A stretch of 64,000 bases of DNA from Eledone cirrhosa (GCA_964016885.1 OZ024740.1:84072001-84136000), one strand, 5' to 3'; shown: positions 42,144 through 57,360, numbered from the stretch's first letter. Program-made: numbers and translations. The notes: a model not told the origin generated them from the letters alone.

Positions 42144-44969
42144 TAAAGTATTTCTTTCAGCAAAATTCAGTTTCCTCCAATATGTCTATTCCTGATCTAT
42201 AAACATTAAGACTTCACAAATTGATCCCCTCATTAGCTTGTAGACTGGTATTGGGTCAATGATGCGGAATAGAAAATGTTTCTATAGTTATTTCTATCAG
42301 AAGCAAATTAACGTATCCATAATTTTCCCTTGGGTGATTATATATAAATTACAAAAAATATAAGCGAAATAAAAATGGAAAAAATGAAATCGCTATTGCT
42401 TATTACAGTGTTTACAGTTGCAGAAGTAGACATTTTTTTATGAATACGAATGAAAGAGATTTTCTTCACTTTCATATATATGTTTCTACTAAATCGGCAA
42501 ACGTTTTTTATTCAGTATTTGTCCTGGCACCGTGGAATCTATTTTTCTTTCTCTCATCGTTAGAGTGCTATAAATGACATACCATTCTATAACGATAAAC
42601 CTGTGGAATCGTTGAAGCTTGAGATGAGATGTTTTATAACATTTCATGAGAGCTCCTCGTGTGCTGAGCTGAAAAAACTGCCGTGGCCTACTTCAATGGT
42701 CTCTAGTTTGAGAATGTTCTTCTTTCATCTTCACTCCAGTCTCTGAAGCCCTGAAAATATTTATGAGCACTGCCCTTTCTCTTACACTATGAAAAAGAGA
42801 GTTCCGATGAATCTAAGACTAGACAATTTAACATCTCAGAGAATGAAAATGCTACAGACAGTAGAAGAAGCAGAAGCAAAAACTTTGCATGTTTAATCTA
42901 TCTTCTCTGAGTCCAGGTATAAGTTTCAGTGTACTCCTCATGCTAACTGATTTTCTTCACACATATCTCAACCTTCGTTTTCATTTAATTTTCTCATGTT
43001 ATTTGAATTAATTAATTTACGTGTTAATACTTAACAGCAATTTGATCATATTAGCAGTATATAAACTATTATAATAAGTGTTGTTTTTCACTTCACCCCG
43101 AGAATTTGGATTGTATTACAATATCAACTGAAGGAAAATATTAATTTTTAGACATTTTCCCTGGCTTTGACGGCTACTTTATAGAGAAAGAGATCTAATA
43201 GCTGCCCTTTTGACATACATTATACTTCTATTTTTTTTTACATCAAACTCAAGATATATTTTCTTAAGAGTGTCAGTTCTTCAGAAAAGTCAAAATGCTC
43301 TCACACGAAGAAAGCAAACCAAAGGAAAATAAATTATATTTTACAAAGCATGATATATTAATAGTTAAGAACGTGAAGATAACAATTCTAACAATACTAT
43401 TAACATACGGTTATATATATATAATAGACAGAAAAGATCCATGTGGACTATGTATGTGTGAATTCTAATCCAAAAGCAAAGAATGAAGATTACATATCGC
43501 TTCCGTTCAGAAAAGTACATATTTAGTTATATTTATATGTTTAAAACAACAAATAATTAATTACGAAGCGCCGTAATTAAACAATAATCGAAGGCAACAC
43601 TTGAGAAAATGTGGGAAGAAATGTCCTCCATCGATAGGGATAAGCCTTGTTACAATGTATGCATAGCTTTGAAGACTGAGATTGGAGTAGGAAAGAAGGC
43701 GTGACTACGCGACATATGCCTTTACAGTTGTCTCTATACAATCATTGCTGTGAAGAAACTTGGCAATGATAACGAAATTTGATTTGTTGTCACGTTTGTG
43801 GAAACGCACGAGCAAGGGCAGAGGAAAATGACTACAAAAGAAATGTGCTGTGTTGAAGCCTATATAAATATGAAAGAACTAATACCCAATGAACCCCAAA
43901 TACAACAGGGCTAATTTGAATCTACAGTCTATCATGTCTCCTAAAGATAAAGAATGTGACTTGTAGTGTAGAACAGAAAACGCAGTTGCCACGCTCATCG
44001 CTGTACGAACCATGTGCAGACTTTCTCTGCAGAAGAACAGAAAAGAAGAGAATACGGGTGGCATTCAGTTTGACTAGCGCTTTTTGTTTTTTGTTTGTTT
44101 TGTGTGAATATATTGATAGGAACGATCACATCGTACATTAAAAACGTGTTGTCTACTCGCTATATGAAATATCATAATTATTGATAATGCTGCTGCTTCA
44201 ATTTCTGTCACGAAGAAGGAAATTGTTATAATAGAAATAAAAATGTTAATACGATGGATGCCTGAGCAGATAGTGCAGCAGACGACATATGTCTTGATAT
44301 TTTTTTACGAAAGCAAGTTTGATTTTTGCCTTCTTGAAATCTATAATAAAAACTACTTATCAAAATATATGGTTTATTTTTGTCAGCATCGGTTGGACAA
44401 ATAACATAAACAAAATTTCTAATGAGCAGATCTTGTTTGTCTTATTTATATAATAATAACAGAACGAAAAGCGTTTTAAAAATAGGAGTGAGTAGTATTT
44501 ATTTTATATTTTGTGTTTGATTAATCCACTGCAGTAATCTTGATTCTGTATGCCTGACATAAGACTGGCATAAAACTGCACGAAAATGTATACGTTGCAG
44601 TTATTACATTATTAGTTTACTTATTTCAATTTCGGAAACTACACATTTTCTTATTTAAAGTTCCTAGATTACTAAAAAAAAAGCATTAGATCTTAAAAAT
44701 ATCTAATCTTAGATACAGCCGACAGATTTTTATCATAACTTACTATTATTCTCAATTCCGCATGGTTAGTTGCCTTCATTTATTTATTTGTTTTTCATTT
44801 TACAAACTTTTTCAAACACATCATACATGAATATTAATTACAGTTTAATCTTCAAATGGGACATCAATCAATATGTGTCGTCCATATACAAAGCATTATT
44901 TTGAAGCCTGCTGTTCCCAAGGTAATATGAAATATATAATGTTGGCAAACTTACAATAATAACAGATAC

Positions 44970-46220
44970 ATGCATTAGGACAACGTCAGTCTTTATCACC
45001 CTACCACGGAGTGTGATCAACACAGAAAAATTAGTCTAATGAGTCAGATAACAAAGGTTCTCTATCACATTCTCGTGGCAAGAATCAGAAATAAAATTCA
45101 GTAGGAAATATCAGATACGTAATTCGCATCTGTTCCGGACAAGAGCACAAGACATGCAAACTGCACCCTATCCACGGTATAAGGAAGACCCATCGAATTT
45201 CCATAAGACATTTTCCTATGCTTCATAGACTATTCAAAAGCGTTCGGCAAGGTAAAGCATGATGATCTGTTCAGCATGCTCCATGAATTAGACATAGATG
45301 GGAAGGCCTGAGAGTCCTTCGAAATTTCTATTAGGAACAAAAGACTGCTATAACAATTATTGGCGAAATTATTCGAAGAGGTATCAGACAGGGTTGTTTG
45401 TTTTACTCGATCTTTTTAATTTATATACAGTGAACCAATTATTCGTAACATCGAAGGTCTAGATGAAGTTGAGGGTTGAGGGCGAAACATTAACAACCTA
45501 AATCACGCCCATGATACCGTCCTGATAGCTGACTCAAAACAAGGGCTTCAATCTCTTCTTGACACAGTAACAACCATCAGCGAAGAAAAAGAACTCATAC
45601 TAAATGCAAAGAAAATAGAATGCATGGTTTGTCTCCAGACAACATGAAGTATAGTGGCATAAACATCAAACAAGTATACGCCTTCAAATACCTTGGATAT
45701 ACCTTGGATATACCTTGACAACAGATAGCAGATGAGACGGAGAAATAAAAAAAAAGAATTACCTTATCAAAATATGGAAAAGTCCGCGTCCTGAAAACAT
45801 ACGTATGGCTGGTCCTTCTATACGGTTATGAATGCTGGACGAGAAGCAATAAAATGGCAAGGGGACTGGATACCGCTGAAATGTGTTTCATCCGGAGAAT
45901 ATTCAAAATATTTTAGACGGAAAAGAAAACCACCGATAAAGTCCTAAGACTGGAAGGCATGGAAATATCTCTTATCCATACTATTAGAATGAGTCAATTT
46001 GAATTCTTTGGCCACAAAAGGAGAGAGACGATTTGGGAGAATGCTGAAAATAGGAGACAAGGAAGTCAAAGAACAATATTTATAGACAGCCGAGTCTGAA
46101 CAAATAAGTCAACGGAAATAAGACGAGAGGGGTGACCTCATCCGTTGCACTAACAACAGTAAGGACTAGAGAGCAATGATCCCCTATGTATGGAACAAAA
46201 CTGGCACCTAATGACGATTA
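44970..46220 (+). mobile_element. Decayed RTE (BovB-like) LINE RT fragment
   Basis: HRKISLMS, CFIDYSKAFGKVKH, GIRQGC, INNLNHAHDTVLIAD, FKYLG, LLYGYECWT across broken frames. Confidence 0.8.
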
Positions 46221-46416
46221 TAGTAACCATATATATACATGTGTATGTGTGTGGTCGTGTGTGGGGTGCATATATGTATGTATATATATATTATATATAT
46301 ATATATATTTGAGGGCGGTCGACGTAGATACAAGTCGCTAAAATACCGGCCGCCCTCTTGTCTCTGATTTAAACACCAAATATTTTTATCTGATATATTC
46401 CTTCGTTATATTTTGA

Positions 46417-46476
46417 ATTACCTGATGATGTCACCGGATTCATACTGAACCCGGTCATTGAAATGATCATAGTTAT
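46417..46476 (+). ncRNA. Type I hammerhead motif in a short PLE-end remnant
   Basis: ATTAC-CTGATGA-tg.ACCGG.TTCA TAC TGAA.CCGGT.cat-GAAA-TGATCA-TA-GTTAT; weak stem I. Confidence 0.55.
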
Positions 46477-46533
46477 ATAAACCATTCAAGTATTTACACC
46501 AGAACATGCCTCCTGTTATTTTGTAATAATAAT

Positions 46534-46721
46534 AATTGTTTCTACTTTAGGCACAAGGCCAGCAATTACCCAGTGCATTACTGATACTTTATTTTATCGA
46601 CCCCGTAAGGATGAAAGGCAAAATCAACCTCGGCGGGATTTGAACTCAGATCGTAAAGGGACGTAACTATGCTGGAAAGCATGGCGCCCGACCCTCTACC
46701 GATACTGCCAATCCACCGCCC
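46534..46721 (-). mobile_element. Full-length tRNA-derived SINE
   Basis: Minus strand has A box TGGCAGTATCGG and B box GAGTTCAAATC; TSD-like CCTGTTATT..TTGTAATAATAAT on both sides; other copies in the window. Confidence 0.85.
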
Positions 46722-46757
46722 TGTTATTATTTTGTAATAATAATAATAATAATAATA

Positions 46758-46911
<154 letters not shown>

Positions 46912-47504
46912 AAAGAAAGATGAAATCGAAAATGCAACTGGAGTCTTATTTCTTTTTAAGTATATATATTTATTTGGTTCCTTTACCGGTTTCGCAGTTC
47001 TTCTGTTTTTTCAAAAGTAGAGTTGAGATGGAGGGTCTCTGGTTTTTCTCACATCTGGTTGGTCTTTGAATGTTACTTGTTTTATATGAAAAAAAATGGC
47101 TCGAAACGCCAGGTTTTTAGAGAAGTAATTTGATTGGTTAGTCAATAAGTATAATAAGTATAATATATATACAAACGCTTTATTTCACCAAGTAATTCAA
47201 ATGATAACAGGTTCATGCATCATGCATTACAGGTAACTTCAAATCCAACATTAAATCATGTTTAAAAAGAAATGATCATGTGAGGTTTCATAAATGTATC
47301 ATATAAATATATCTCCAAACCCATTTTTAATTACTTGAGGTAAGCTGAGATCAAACCTATTTTGCCCCGAGTGTATTGCTCTCCCATACAATATCGAGCG
47401 GCATCAATGCCACAAAAGATTGTTTGGGTTGTTTCATTCGTCCTTGTCTTCTATGTAGGCTGCACGCAAAAAGGGGCATTTGCAGCCAGGATAATGAAAT
47501 TGTG

Positions 47505-47815
47505 AAGGCTCATTGGACTTGCAATCGTAAGTTCGTGATTTCGATTCTCGGACCGGGTGATGTGTTGTGTCCTTGAGCAAGACACTTTATTTCACGTTGC
47601 TCCAGTTTACTCAGCTGTAGAAATGAGTTGCGACGTCACTGGTGACAAGCTGTATCGGCCATTGCCTTTCCCTTGGGCATCATCCGTGGCATCGAGATGG
47701 GAGGCTGGCGTGCATGGGCGACTGCTGATCTTCCGCAAACAACCGTGCCCGAACTTGTACCTCGGGTGGAAACTTTCTCAGTGCAAATCCCATAGTCATT
47801 CGTAATCGAAGCGAG
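47505..47815 (+). mobile_element. Second tRNA-derived SINE family, diverged
   Basis: TTGGACTTGCAATC..TTCGATTC (B box) followed by GTGTCCTTGAGCAAGACACTT, a common SINE post-tRNA motif. Confidence 0.6.
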
Positions 47816-48029
47816 GCTCTTTACAAAAAAAAAATTTAATCATTGAGCGAATATCTTATTTCATTACTCATGGTTGTTAATTTAATTGATTTCCCTTTCA
47901 TATTCCCCTGCCATATTAATGATCTGCTTTCGCACACACTTTGTCAACTATTACTCTATTATCATCCTTAATAATAATGGTTTCTCATTTATGCACAAAT
48001 CCAACCATTGGGGGAAGAGAAAGTTGATT

Positions 48030-48135
48030 AAATCGACCCCAATGCCTGACTGCCACTTTATTTTATCGACCCCGTAAGGATAAAATGCAAGGCCAACCTT
48101 GGTGGGATTAGAACTCAGAAGGTAAAGGGCCGTAA
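48030..48135 (-). mobile_element. Diverged SINE fragment
   Basis: TTTATTTTATCGACCCCGTAAGGATAAAATGCAAGGCCAACCTTGGTGGGATTAGAACTCAGA. Confidence 0.65.
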
Positions 48136-50400
48136 TTCTTTTCCGTAATCCCTAATATGTCTATCATAGGATAGTCTAGCAGAACAGGTCGATAGAAATC
48201 CTGCTTGCCTCATAGTAAGCAGTATCTAATGTCACGACTTTCAATTTTATTAGATAGCCTCTGCATCATGGTCACGAGTGGCTTCACAGACGATCGACAA
48301 TGGGTTGACACAACTGCTCCAATTAGCGGGGAAATCTATGAGTATGTAGGTGTGGTGACCAGCATATATTATTGCCATTAGAAAAAGCAAAATGAATGCT
48401 TCACTTTTGAGGGAGCGATGACTCAAGAAGGAGAAGAATATTGAGTTGCCACTGCCTACTTTATTTTATTACGTAAAGTCATTTCATTGTTACAGATTTC
48501 AATAATTAATAGTCTAAATCTACCTTCTTACCTTCTTCTTTCGACCTACATATGTGTGTAAAAAACAATTCATTTTTATTCGCTACAAATTCAACAGGAT
48601 TTCAACTTAGGTGACATGTGATCTATACTTTTATAAGCACTGTAATGTTTCACAAATCGCTACACTTGCATGTTAAATCTACCTATATTCAATTGAAATA
48701 TTGTTTCACTGCAGGTCTCATTCGCTCCAACCGTAGATATGTCATCTTAATTACAGACATTGCTTTAAGGAATGCATTATCCATTGTTTCCTCATATCTC
48801 TCCAAAAGGGTAGCAATGTTGGGGTTATATATGGTGATTCAAGCAACATTGTAGACCATATAGATGATACTTAACAGTGTCTATGCCTTTAGGTGTCATA
48901 TATGCTCTAAGTTATCAATATAATGGGTCGCAGCACCTCAACACAAGCGAGCATTCGTTAGATTGCAGGGTCGATAATTCCGTTCAAAAGGGAAATGTTG
49001 ATGATGATGATGATGACGAAGATAAGATGATCAAATCGACGATTAATCTTGTTATGATAGTAGGATTCGTTACATTTAGACTGAGATACCCTTACATTCC
49101 CGATTTGTAATATAGTTTCATGATCCTCTAACGTAATTCAAACAAAAATAGATTTTGCAGCATTTTTGCCGAGGAAGTGTATTACAAAAAAGAAAAACAT
49201 ATTGAGCAAAAGATTTCAGGTTGGAACAAAATGGCAAAGCACTTACTTCAATTGATTAAAAATAAAACGTTTGTAGGAATTTTCCAAACAGATTATAGAT
49301 CAGCTGTCTCATATGTTCCTGAACATCTTTATTTACTTTGTATCTGCAAACTAACTTTAAACAAATAAATTATTAAATACGACAGACCATCCTTCTGTTC
49401 ATAACATGTCTTCAGTACAGATTTAAAATGTAGCTTCGGCTGAAAAAATAATGCATATTGCGAAGTACTTGCTGTTTGTCACAACAAAACCCAAACTCAA
49501 AAACGAAAACCAAAACTGTCTTTTCATAAATAAACAAAATACATAATATCACGTTTACTTAACTTTAAATTTCAATTTATCTTTAATATTTGTTTTTTTT
49601 TATCCGGGTAACGAGGTGCAAACTTTCCGCGTAATACATCTTAAATTTCAGAAAAAGAATTCGGTATTATTTTTTGTGGTAACGTTAAAAACGCAATTAC
49701 AGATATACTTACACTCACTAACACATACACACACAAAGACATATACGCATGTTTATAAGTATACATATATACAAATAAATATATAACAAAGTATGAATCT
49801 AGAGTAGATTAATGTCTATATAATGTCAAGTAGAACATCCAAAGCAAAACATACTGCCTGTATGTTTTGCTTTGGATTTACGAAATAATAGTATAAGAAT
49901 TCATATAGATATAAAATTATTTTAAATTTTGAATCTCCACCGCCAAATATTTTCCAAAATCTTCGTACTGAAATTTGGGATTATTTTAATGTCATAGAGA
50001 ATTTAACATCTTCAATCAAAAGATTATTTTTATCCACAAATTTTCATCCATATTCTTCATGATGCATGCAAATGTAACGTCATTTAGCAGTAGCAAACTT
50101 ATGTCCAACTGCACGGATTACAAAATATTAATGGCATCTACTTATCTAACTCAACCATTAATAAAGTCTCATGTAGATGAGCAGGTGAAGCTCTACGTAG
50201 ACTGAGGCCCTTTCTTTTTGCATGACATGCCCATCTGAGATTTGAAACATCATGGCATAATTTGAAGTAAGAACGCAACATATATCTCATAAGATGCACA
50301 TTACATACCAAATGGCATTGTTCTCACGACTATATATATATATATACATTGTACGAAGCCGAATTTTCGGGTTTGGAAGCGCCGAAAATATATGTATATG

Positions 50401-50432
<32 letters not shown>

Positions 50433-50935
50433 AGTATAAGTATAAAAAAGATGGTATAAACACAGCCTATAGAATAGGGTGACGACCCTTAAAAGACGAA
50501 AAAACAATTTGCCAACTACAGCTATGATGAATTGAACTCCATATCTACCAGATACCGGCTAGACGCTTTAACCTTTAAGTTAAGGAGTCAACGAAAATCT
50601 TCTTCCCGTCATTTTAACTATACATAACTGAACAACAGCTTTCAGATGTCAGCAGGAAGGCAGAGAGACTAACAGACAGACATCCGTGTGTAAAGAAACA
50701 ATGGAAGAAGCAAAAGTTTCGGCTTTTGTAGCGCTGAGAATATATGTGCATATATATAATTATGAAAAAGTAATCAAGTGCAGAAATACTATGCGGTTAA
50801 ATTCCTCATAGCGGTCGTTGGCAAATTCTTTTTCTGTCTTTTAAAAGCCTTCACCCTATTTTGTAAGCTACATTTATAGCATTTCTGCCATTCGGGATAA
50901 TAATAATAAAAGTAGGAAATTACAGATTAATTAAT

Positions 50936-51053
50936 TGTTTCTACTTTAGGCACAAGGCCAGCAATTACACAGTGCATTACTGGTACTTTAGTTTATCGAC
51001 CCCGTAAGGATGAAAGGCAAAGTCAACCTCGGCGGAATTTGAACTCAGATCGT
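50936..51053 (-). mobile_element. 5'-truncated SINE with 19-bp TSD
   Basis: AAATTACAGATTAATTAAT at 50917-50935 and 51054-51072. Confidence 0.85.
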
Positions 51054-51499
51054 AAATTACAGATTAATTAATAGTGGTGACATTGTTAACTGTGGAAGTA
51101 GAGTATGGTGTATTGAGATATCAAAAATCAGTAAGTCATGAAATATAAAGTTTACATATCAAAAGGAACCTAAACAAGATAATGACCAAATTTATCATGT
51201 AATTGATGGCAATGGGGAGGATGGGGATGATAGTATAAAACATAAGAATAATAACTGTGAGTGTTAGAAAATAAATTGCTGTCAAAAGGACGACTCGATT
51301 AATTGTTATTCAACAATTTTTTTACATATTGCAGTAGTTGATTTAATGGAAATATATAAAAACCTGATGCAAAAATTAAAAATGAATATTTGAAACGTGG
51401 TCGAAATCATTTGATTTTAAAATCCATTAACATTCATGTTAAGTTATTCCTAGTAAAGAAAAAGGAAAAAGGAAATTGTAGAAAATAATAAAGATTTCT

Positions 51500-52240
51500 A
51501 TTACAATAGTGAGAAAATATTAATATCGTGATGCTGATAAAATTATTACAAAATAGTTTTAAAATTTAGCAATAAAATAATCAAAACAATTGATATTATT
51601 TGAAAATATTTTTTTTTAATGTTGCATAACAATAGTACAATAATTGTGTGAAAGTGAAATGATAACGGATACAATGATTTTATAAGGCTAATGTGGGAGT
51701 GGGATAAAAAACATGGGGAAAATACCAGAAGAGATTTCATGAAGAACGAAAGAATTTCAACAAATGTGTCGAAGATGCTTGTCATGGTGTAAAACTGAAA
51801 TGATGCAAAAAGCAGAAAGATGAATGACTCCTTTGAAATATACTTCGGAGAATTCATACGAGTTGGCGTGGTGTGTTGTTTGTATGTTGATTGTATGTTG
51901 TATGTTGATTGTTGTGTGTTGATTTGATGGTAGTAAGTCGAAGGTGTGAGACATTTTTATTGTAAGAAACTTGTCAAATGTTCGTTTGCAAAAAAGAGTG
52001 TATTTTAGTATGTAATTTGGATGTGTGTGTATGAATATTTGCGTTTGATGGAATTGTGATAGTTGTAATATCGGTTTCGCATCCGAAAGTAAAGAGTTGC
52101 GGGTGTTGAATATATATATTTGAAGTACATGTATGTTTTGAATAGACTTTTCCCGAAAGAACACTTTTTTTACTCTACCAAACCCTGTTCGCATTTTGCC
52201 TTATCACCAACTGGCTCAAATGAGCATGACCCATTTAAAG
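51500..52240 (+). mobile_element. Possible piggyBac-like transposase C-terminal remnant
   Basis: Decayed TRRDFMK and CDSCNIGF-like Cys segment, plus TGGCTCAAATGAGC near the end; no open frame. Confidence 0.3.
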
Positions 52241-53129
52241 TCACATAGAATATCGTTCTGATTTTAAATTAAGAGGGAAGTGAGTTTTTTTCTCTAGCAG
52301 GTATGTCTAACCATTAAAATTATCACGAACCGGTGGTACTTGATACTGACGAGGTTAACTTTGAGGTAAATAATGGCCTTATTCAAAATGTCAGAATTTA
52401 GCGGTCATAAAGGAGTGATTAGTGCAATTACAATTGTTATGAACAATAACTGCAGTATTATATTAATCATGTTTGGAGAGTCTATACAGAACGATATAAT
52501 AGGGGTCGCACGAAATGCGATTTTCATCATATTCTTTCTGAAGTTTCATAGTATCTATGTTCGTGTGGTTAGTAATTATTGTGTTAAAACAAAGAATAAT
52601 TTGATAATTAGATAATGGATGTGCTTACCTCTTAATTATATGGGGAATTATATCGGCTAGTATACCTCTTTTCTATTCCTACAGTTAAAAATTCGGAATG
52701 ATTTTTGTATTAGTTTCTTTAAATCAACAGCGTGTTAAGATTCGTTATTGTGGTTGGAATGATTCATAAATATTATGCAGGCCTAGCGAGGAGAGCAATT
52801 ATATACACATGAAATGCAATCACAACAGGAAGATCTTAATTACTGTTTTACGAAAGTATCGCTACGAGCGCAATAGCATGTTCAATGAACAGATATAGCA
52901 TGAGAACTATATTTACTATAATAAGCTGTTGCCTCGTAGTGGTTTCGGGTAATATTCTGGTACAATGAGGTACAATGACACACTTCCGTAAACTTACGTG
53001 CTGGAATAGCAAATTCATTATTTTCCCGTATAAGCCACCCAATATTTTTGATATATCCAAATATAGAACTGAAATATTTTTATTCACATTGAAGACATTC
53101 TTCTATATATATTCCTCTCTCTCTCTCTC

Positions 53130-53188
<59 letters not shown>

Positions 53189-53218
53189 AGAGAGAGAGAG
53201 AGAGAGAGAGAGAAGAAG

Positions 53219-53249
<31 letters not shown>

Positions 53250-53327
53250 TACATGAGAATTATATACGTGCCTATAATGTTGGCCACAATATCTTCATGT
53301 AATATATATTCGACAGATTTCATTAAT

Positions 53328-53493
53328 TGTTTCTACATTTGGCACAAGGCCAGCAATTATCCCAGTGTATTACTGGTGCTTTAATTTATCGACCCCGTAA
53401 GGATGAAAGGTAAAGTTAACTTCGGCAGGATTTGAAGTCAGACCATAAAGGGACGTAACTCTTTGCTGCAAAGCATGGCGTCCGACCCTCTAC
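53328..53493 (-). mobile_element. tRNA-derived SINE
   Basis: Same family as 46534-46721; ATTTCATTAAT on both sides. Confidence 0.85.
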
Positions 53494-53844
53494 AAATTTC
53501 ATTAATGATATCCTATTATGCTAATATTTATTTTAAATTACTATCGTATATAACTGAGGTCCAACTGTTATGAATATGGACCTAACCTATATATACATAT
53601 ATAATTATACATACTAAGTAAACACTATCTTTGAAAGAAACACTGCTCTTAATATGGAAACTATGTAAAGATATCATAGCTCGCTTTCCATATGGGTTGC
53701 TTGCGCTTAACTCCTAACATTCATATCGGCACGTATAGATCTTTCGACGTGGTATAATATTTGATTTTTATAAAACTTAGGAAATATATGCATTTATTTT
53801 TTTATTTCCTGTCATTGTAATACACTTGTAATTTATTTAGATAA

Positions 53845-54033
53845 TTGTTTCTACTATTGGCACAAGACCAGCAATTATCACAGTACATTACTGGTACTTT
53901 ATTTTATCGACCCCGTAAGGATGAAAGGCAAAGTTAACCTCGGCGGGATTTGAACTCAGAATGGCAAGGGCCATAACTCTATGCGTCAAAGCATGGCGTC
54001 CGACCCTCTACCGATACTGCCAATTCCCCGCCC
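53845..54033 (-). mobile_element. Full-length tRNA-derived SINE
   Basis: Same family as 46534-46721. Confidence 0.85.
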
Positions 54034-56122
54034 ACATTTATTTTATTTTGATAATGATATCAAACAGCACATGACATTTATTATTCTCCAAATGTTACCA
54101 TATTCGAACAGGATAAAACAGCGCGTTAAGTGCATATATGTTTCATATATTTTATGTGTTTTATACATTTGTTCCATTTATTAATGAGTTCATATAGTGT
54201 ATTGTTCAGTCATAAATCTCACATGTAATGTCATATGTCGTGTAATAATTTAAAAGCGGGATTTTTTTATGGAATGTGTAATAATATTATGTCACTTTTT
54301 ACCATAAAGTAAGGTGTGACATCCTCTAAAATTAGTCAAATGTACTAATAATGTGTTTTCACATATAAATCACTGCAGACGTGACATTCTAATTGTATGC
54401 ACTATCGCAAATTATGAATACAATAATTCAGTTATACATTATTGTCAAAACTATAATCTTCTATCCCTATTCCTATAATTACTTCAGTCCTGGTCTCCCA
54501 AGCCCACACGTATACACCCTCCTCTTCTTTAATGTAATTTTGTTAAGTATTCTCTCTTCACTTCATATAAATACGTCTACTCTGACATTATTCATTCATA
54601 ACATTTTATAAATACTTTAGTTTATCTTCAATGTGTCCATTTAATGTATCTTTTGGAAAAAAAAACAAGAGATGATTAGCATATGCTTAAAAGATTTATA
54701 GTATGATCCAATAAGAGTGCCTGTGTGTGTGGTCGCGTAGCCTGATGGTCATTATAACCCAATATATCTCATATCGCACAATTTTGTGTAATCATTAGAG
54801 ACATTGGATAATATAGTAATAAATACAATGAAATGTCATCGATCTTAGGTCTGGTTAATGATGTTTTAAATACATCTAATCAACAACCCGGTTTCGACCA
54901 GTACTGTATACAGTTTTAAATGAATTAGACTTTAATAGATACATCAACACAACAAACCCATGTGTCTTCTTTTTTTATATACATTATTATAATGCACTAA
55001 TGAACATGAGCATGTTTTCATAAATTCCAATAATCTAGAAAAAAATATTTGAAAAACAAATTAAACTTATGCAACTAAAGATTCTTCATTATGATGTTTA
55101 TTTGTAATACGATATTTTGAATACTCTAATCAACTGAGTGGCTCTTTTATTTACTGGCTATATAGGCATAGACACCCAAGACATATACAATGTATAAATA
55201 AGACTGTTCTTTAAAAATCACATACTATTTTTGGTAAATGTGTATTCATTCGAATACATGAAATGTGCATTGTCTTTCAATCAAATCAATTCGTTTTGCT
55301 AAATGTTAGGTGACAATTTGAAACGTTTTAATGTCTCGTAGACACAAGCTGGTGCATTGAAATCTTTGAGTGGCCTGATGTTGTCTATTGTTGTTTTCAG
55401 TAATGATCAAATCATGTATCTATAAGATTAAATGGTTATCTTTCAAACATAATATAAACGATAAGGGCGTTAAATCTGAATAATAGAAAATTGAATGGAA
55501 CACGCAATTTTACACTTACATATATAAACATTATGGCAGTCCTTTTTAATAACAGGAGTTGATACCCTCTAATAGGTTTAACGTTGGAGCCTTTCGTAAT
55601 ATTCACGTTTTTTTTTCTTTTGCTTTAATGAATACTTTATATTATTTTCACTTCAGAGCTTAGTGTACATTGAGAAAAGTCGTGTCCATTCATGTGTATT
55701 AATTTCACTATTTAATTAAAAATTATGAAAAAGAATGGTTGCTGATTCATTAAATACAATGCCGGCTTTATGTATACAATTCTGGTATATATGTCTGGTT
55801 GACATATAGAAGTCAAAGTCAACGATGTGAAATAAATCTAATACCAATCCTTCCTAAAATTCCCAACAAATGTTACAACATAATAAAGGAAGCACAACGT
55901 ACAATGTTTCCGGTCAAAATATTTAGCCAAAAGTCACGACAGAAAACCACCATTGATGTACAAAAAACTATATATGCTTACGAATGGACAATTCCAGGAT
56001 ACATATCTAATCTCTCTTCCATAACAAACTACAATAATCTACACAATTCACAAATAATTATAACATTACTACAGAATCTACGCAGACCTCACTCACCTAT
56101 CACATGCCTATGGGCATGTATA

Positions 56123-56298
56123 TATGGGCGTGTGCTGAAACGTTCCTGATTTGGAATGAAAGAAAATACAGGACGATCAGTTGAAACAAAATCGAGGAGG
56201 ATCAGTTAAGTATGATTTTCCTTAACATATTCCCCTCTCAGATACACAAACTTATTGCAGCGGTCCTAAAAGCCAGGAACTTTTCATCACCCCTCGTA
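56123..56298. mobile_element. Mariner-derived MITE / internally deleted element
   Basis: Imperfect TIRs TATGGGCGTGTGCTGAAACGTTCCTG / CAGGAACTTTTCATCACCCCTCGTA with TA ends. Confidence 0.6.
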
Positions 56299-56358
56299 TT
56301 TATGTGTAGAATTATGTATATGTGTGTGTGTGGTGTGTGTGTGTGTGTGTGTCTGTGT

Positions 56359-56465
<107 letters not shown>

Positions 56466-57142
56466 TATGTGTCTGTCTGTGGATAGTGTGTGAGATAAGC
56501 GTGTTGTTTTTCTCATATAGAGAATAGGGTATCTTCAAAATAGGGTAAAGACACTACACCGACAAATCAAATAAACAATATAATTTATTAGAAATGAAAA
56601 CGTCTACATATGTATGTCTCGTCCACGTGTGTGTGTGCATGTGTGTGTATGCGTGTCTGCGTCTGTGCCTGTGTGTGTGTGTGTGAGAGAGAGAGAGAGG
56701 GGGGAAGAGAGAGCTTGCGTGTGAATGTATATATGTGTAAATATGGAGAGATATTGATATATTTACACTGATTCCATACACGTTGTGTTGAGGTAATGTT
56801 TCTCAGTGCCTATTATCTGTACATAGACCAAAACTTTATTCTGTTACGAGTGTAGTACTTGATTCCTAAGAGCATGATTGTTGTTAAAATATCATTTTTC
56901 TTCGAGTTTCAAGTATGAGTCAAGTTGTAGAATCGATATAATCATCTGTTCTCCTACATAGAAATAAGTATGCCAAATATCTCCTTTACTGCCATCCTAT
57001 ACGTATCAATACATTTTCCAGATTGTATCTGTATACAAAAGAAATGTCATTATAATTCTAAGTTCTTTATAAAATTCATTATTTTTTCTTATATCATGTT
57101 TCATTTTTTCTCCCTCTCAGTTTGTTTGTGATGTGACTGTTT

Positions 57143-57173
<31 letters not shown>

Positions 57174-57283
57174 CGTACGTTATTCCGGGTTGAATCGGAG
57201 GTAACCACAGTAAGTAAGGTACTCAATACACTGCAGAGTATAAATGTTTATATATATATATATATATAAACATTTATATATAT

Positions 57284-57321
<38 letters not shown>

Positions 57322-57360
57322 CATCTCTGTGTGTATATTTATATATATATATATGTATAC

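Noticed and set aside
42560-42920. Possible host exon (more balanced composition, CAG/GTATAAG donor-like site)
   Set aside because: The frames I read contain stops and no recognisable protein; needs RNA-seq.
49837-49877. 18-bp perfect hairpin resembling a terminator
   Set aside because: Eukaryotic context, single copy, no associated feature; likely a local fold-back duplication.
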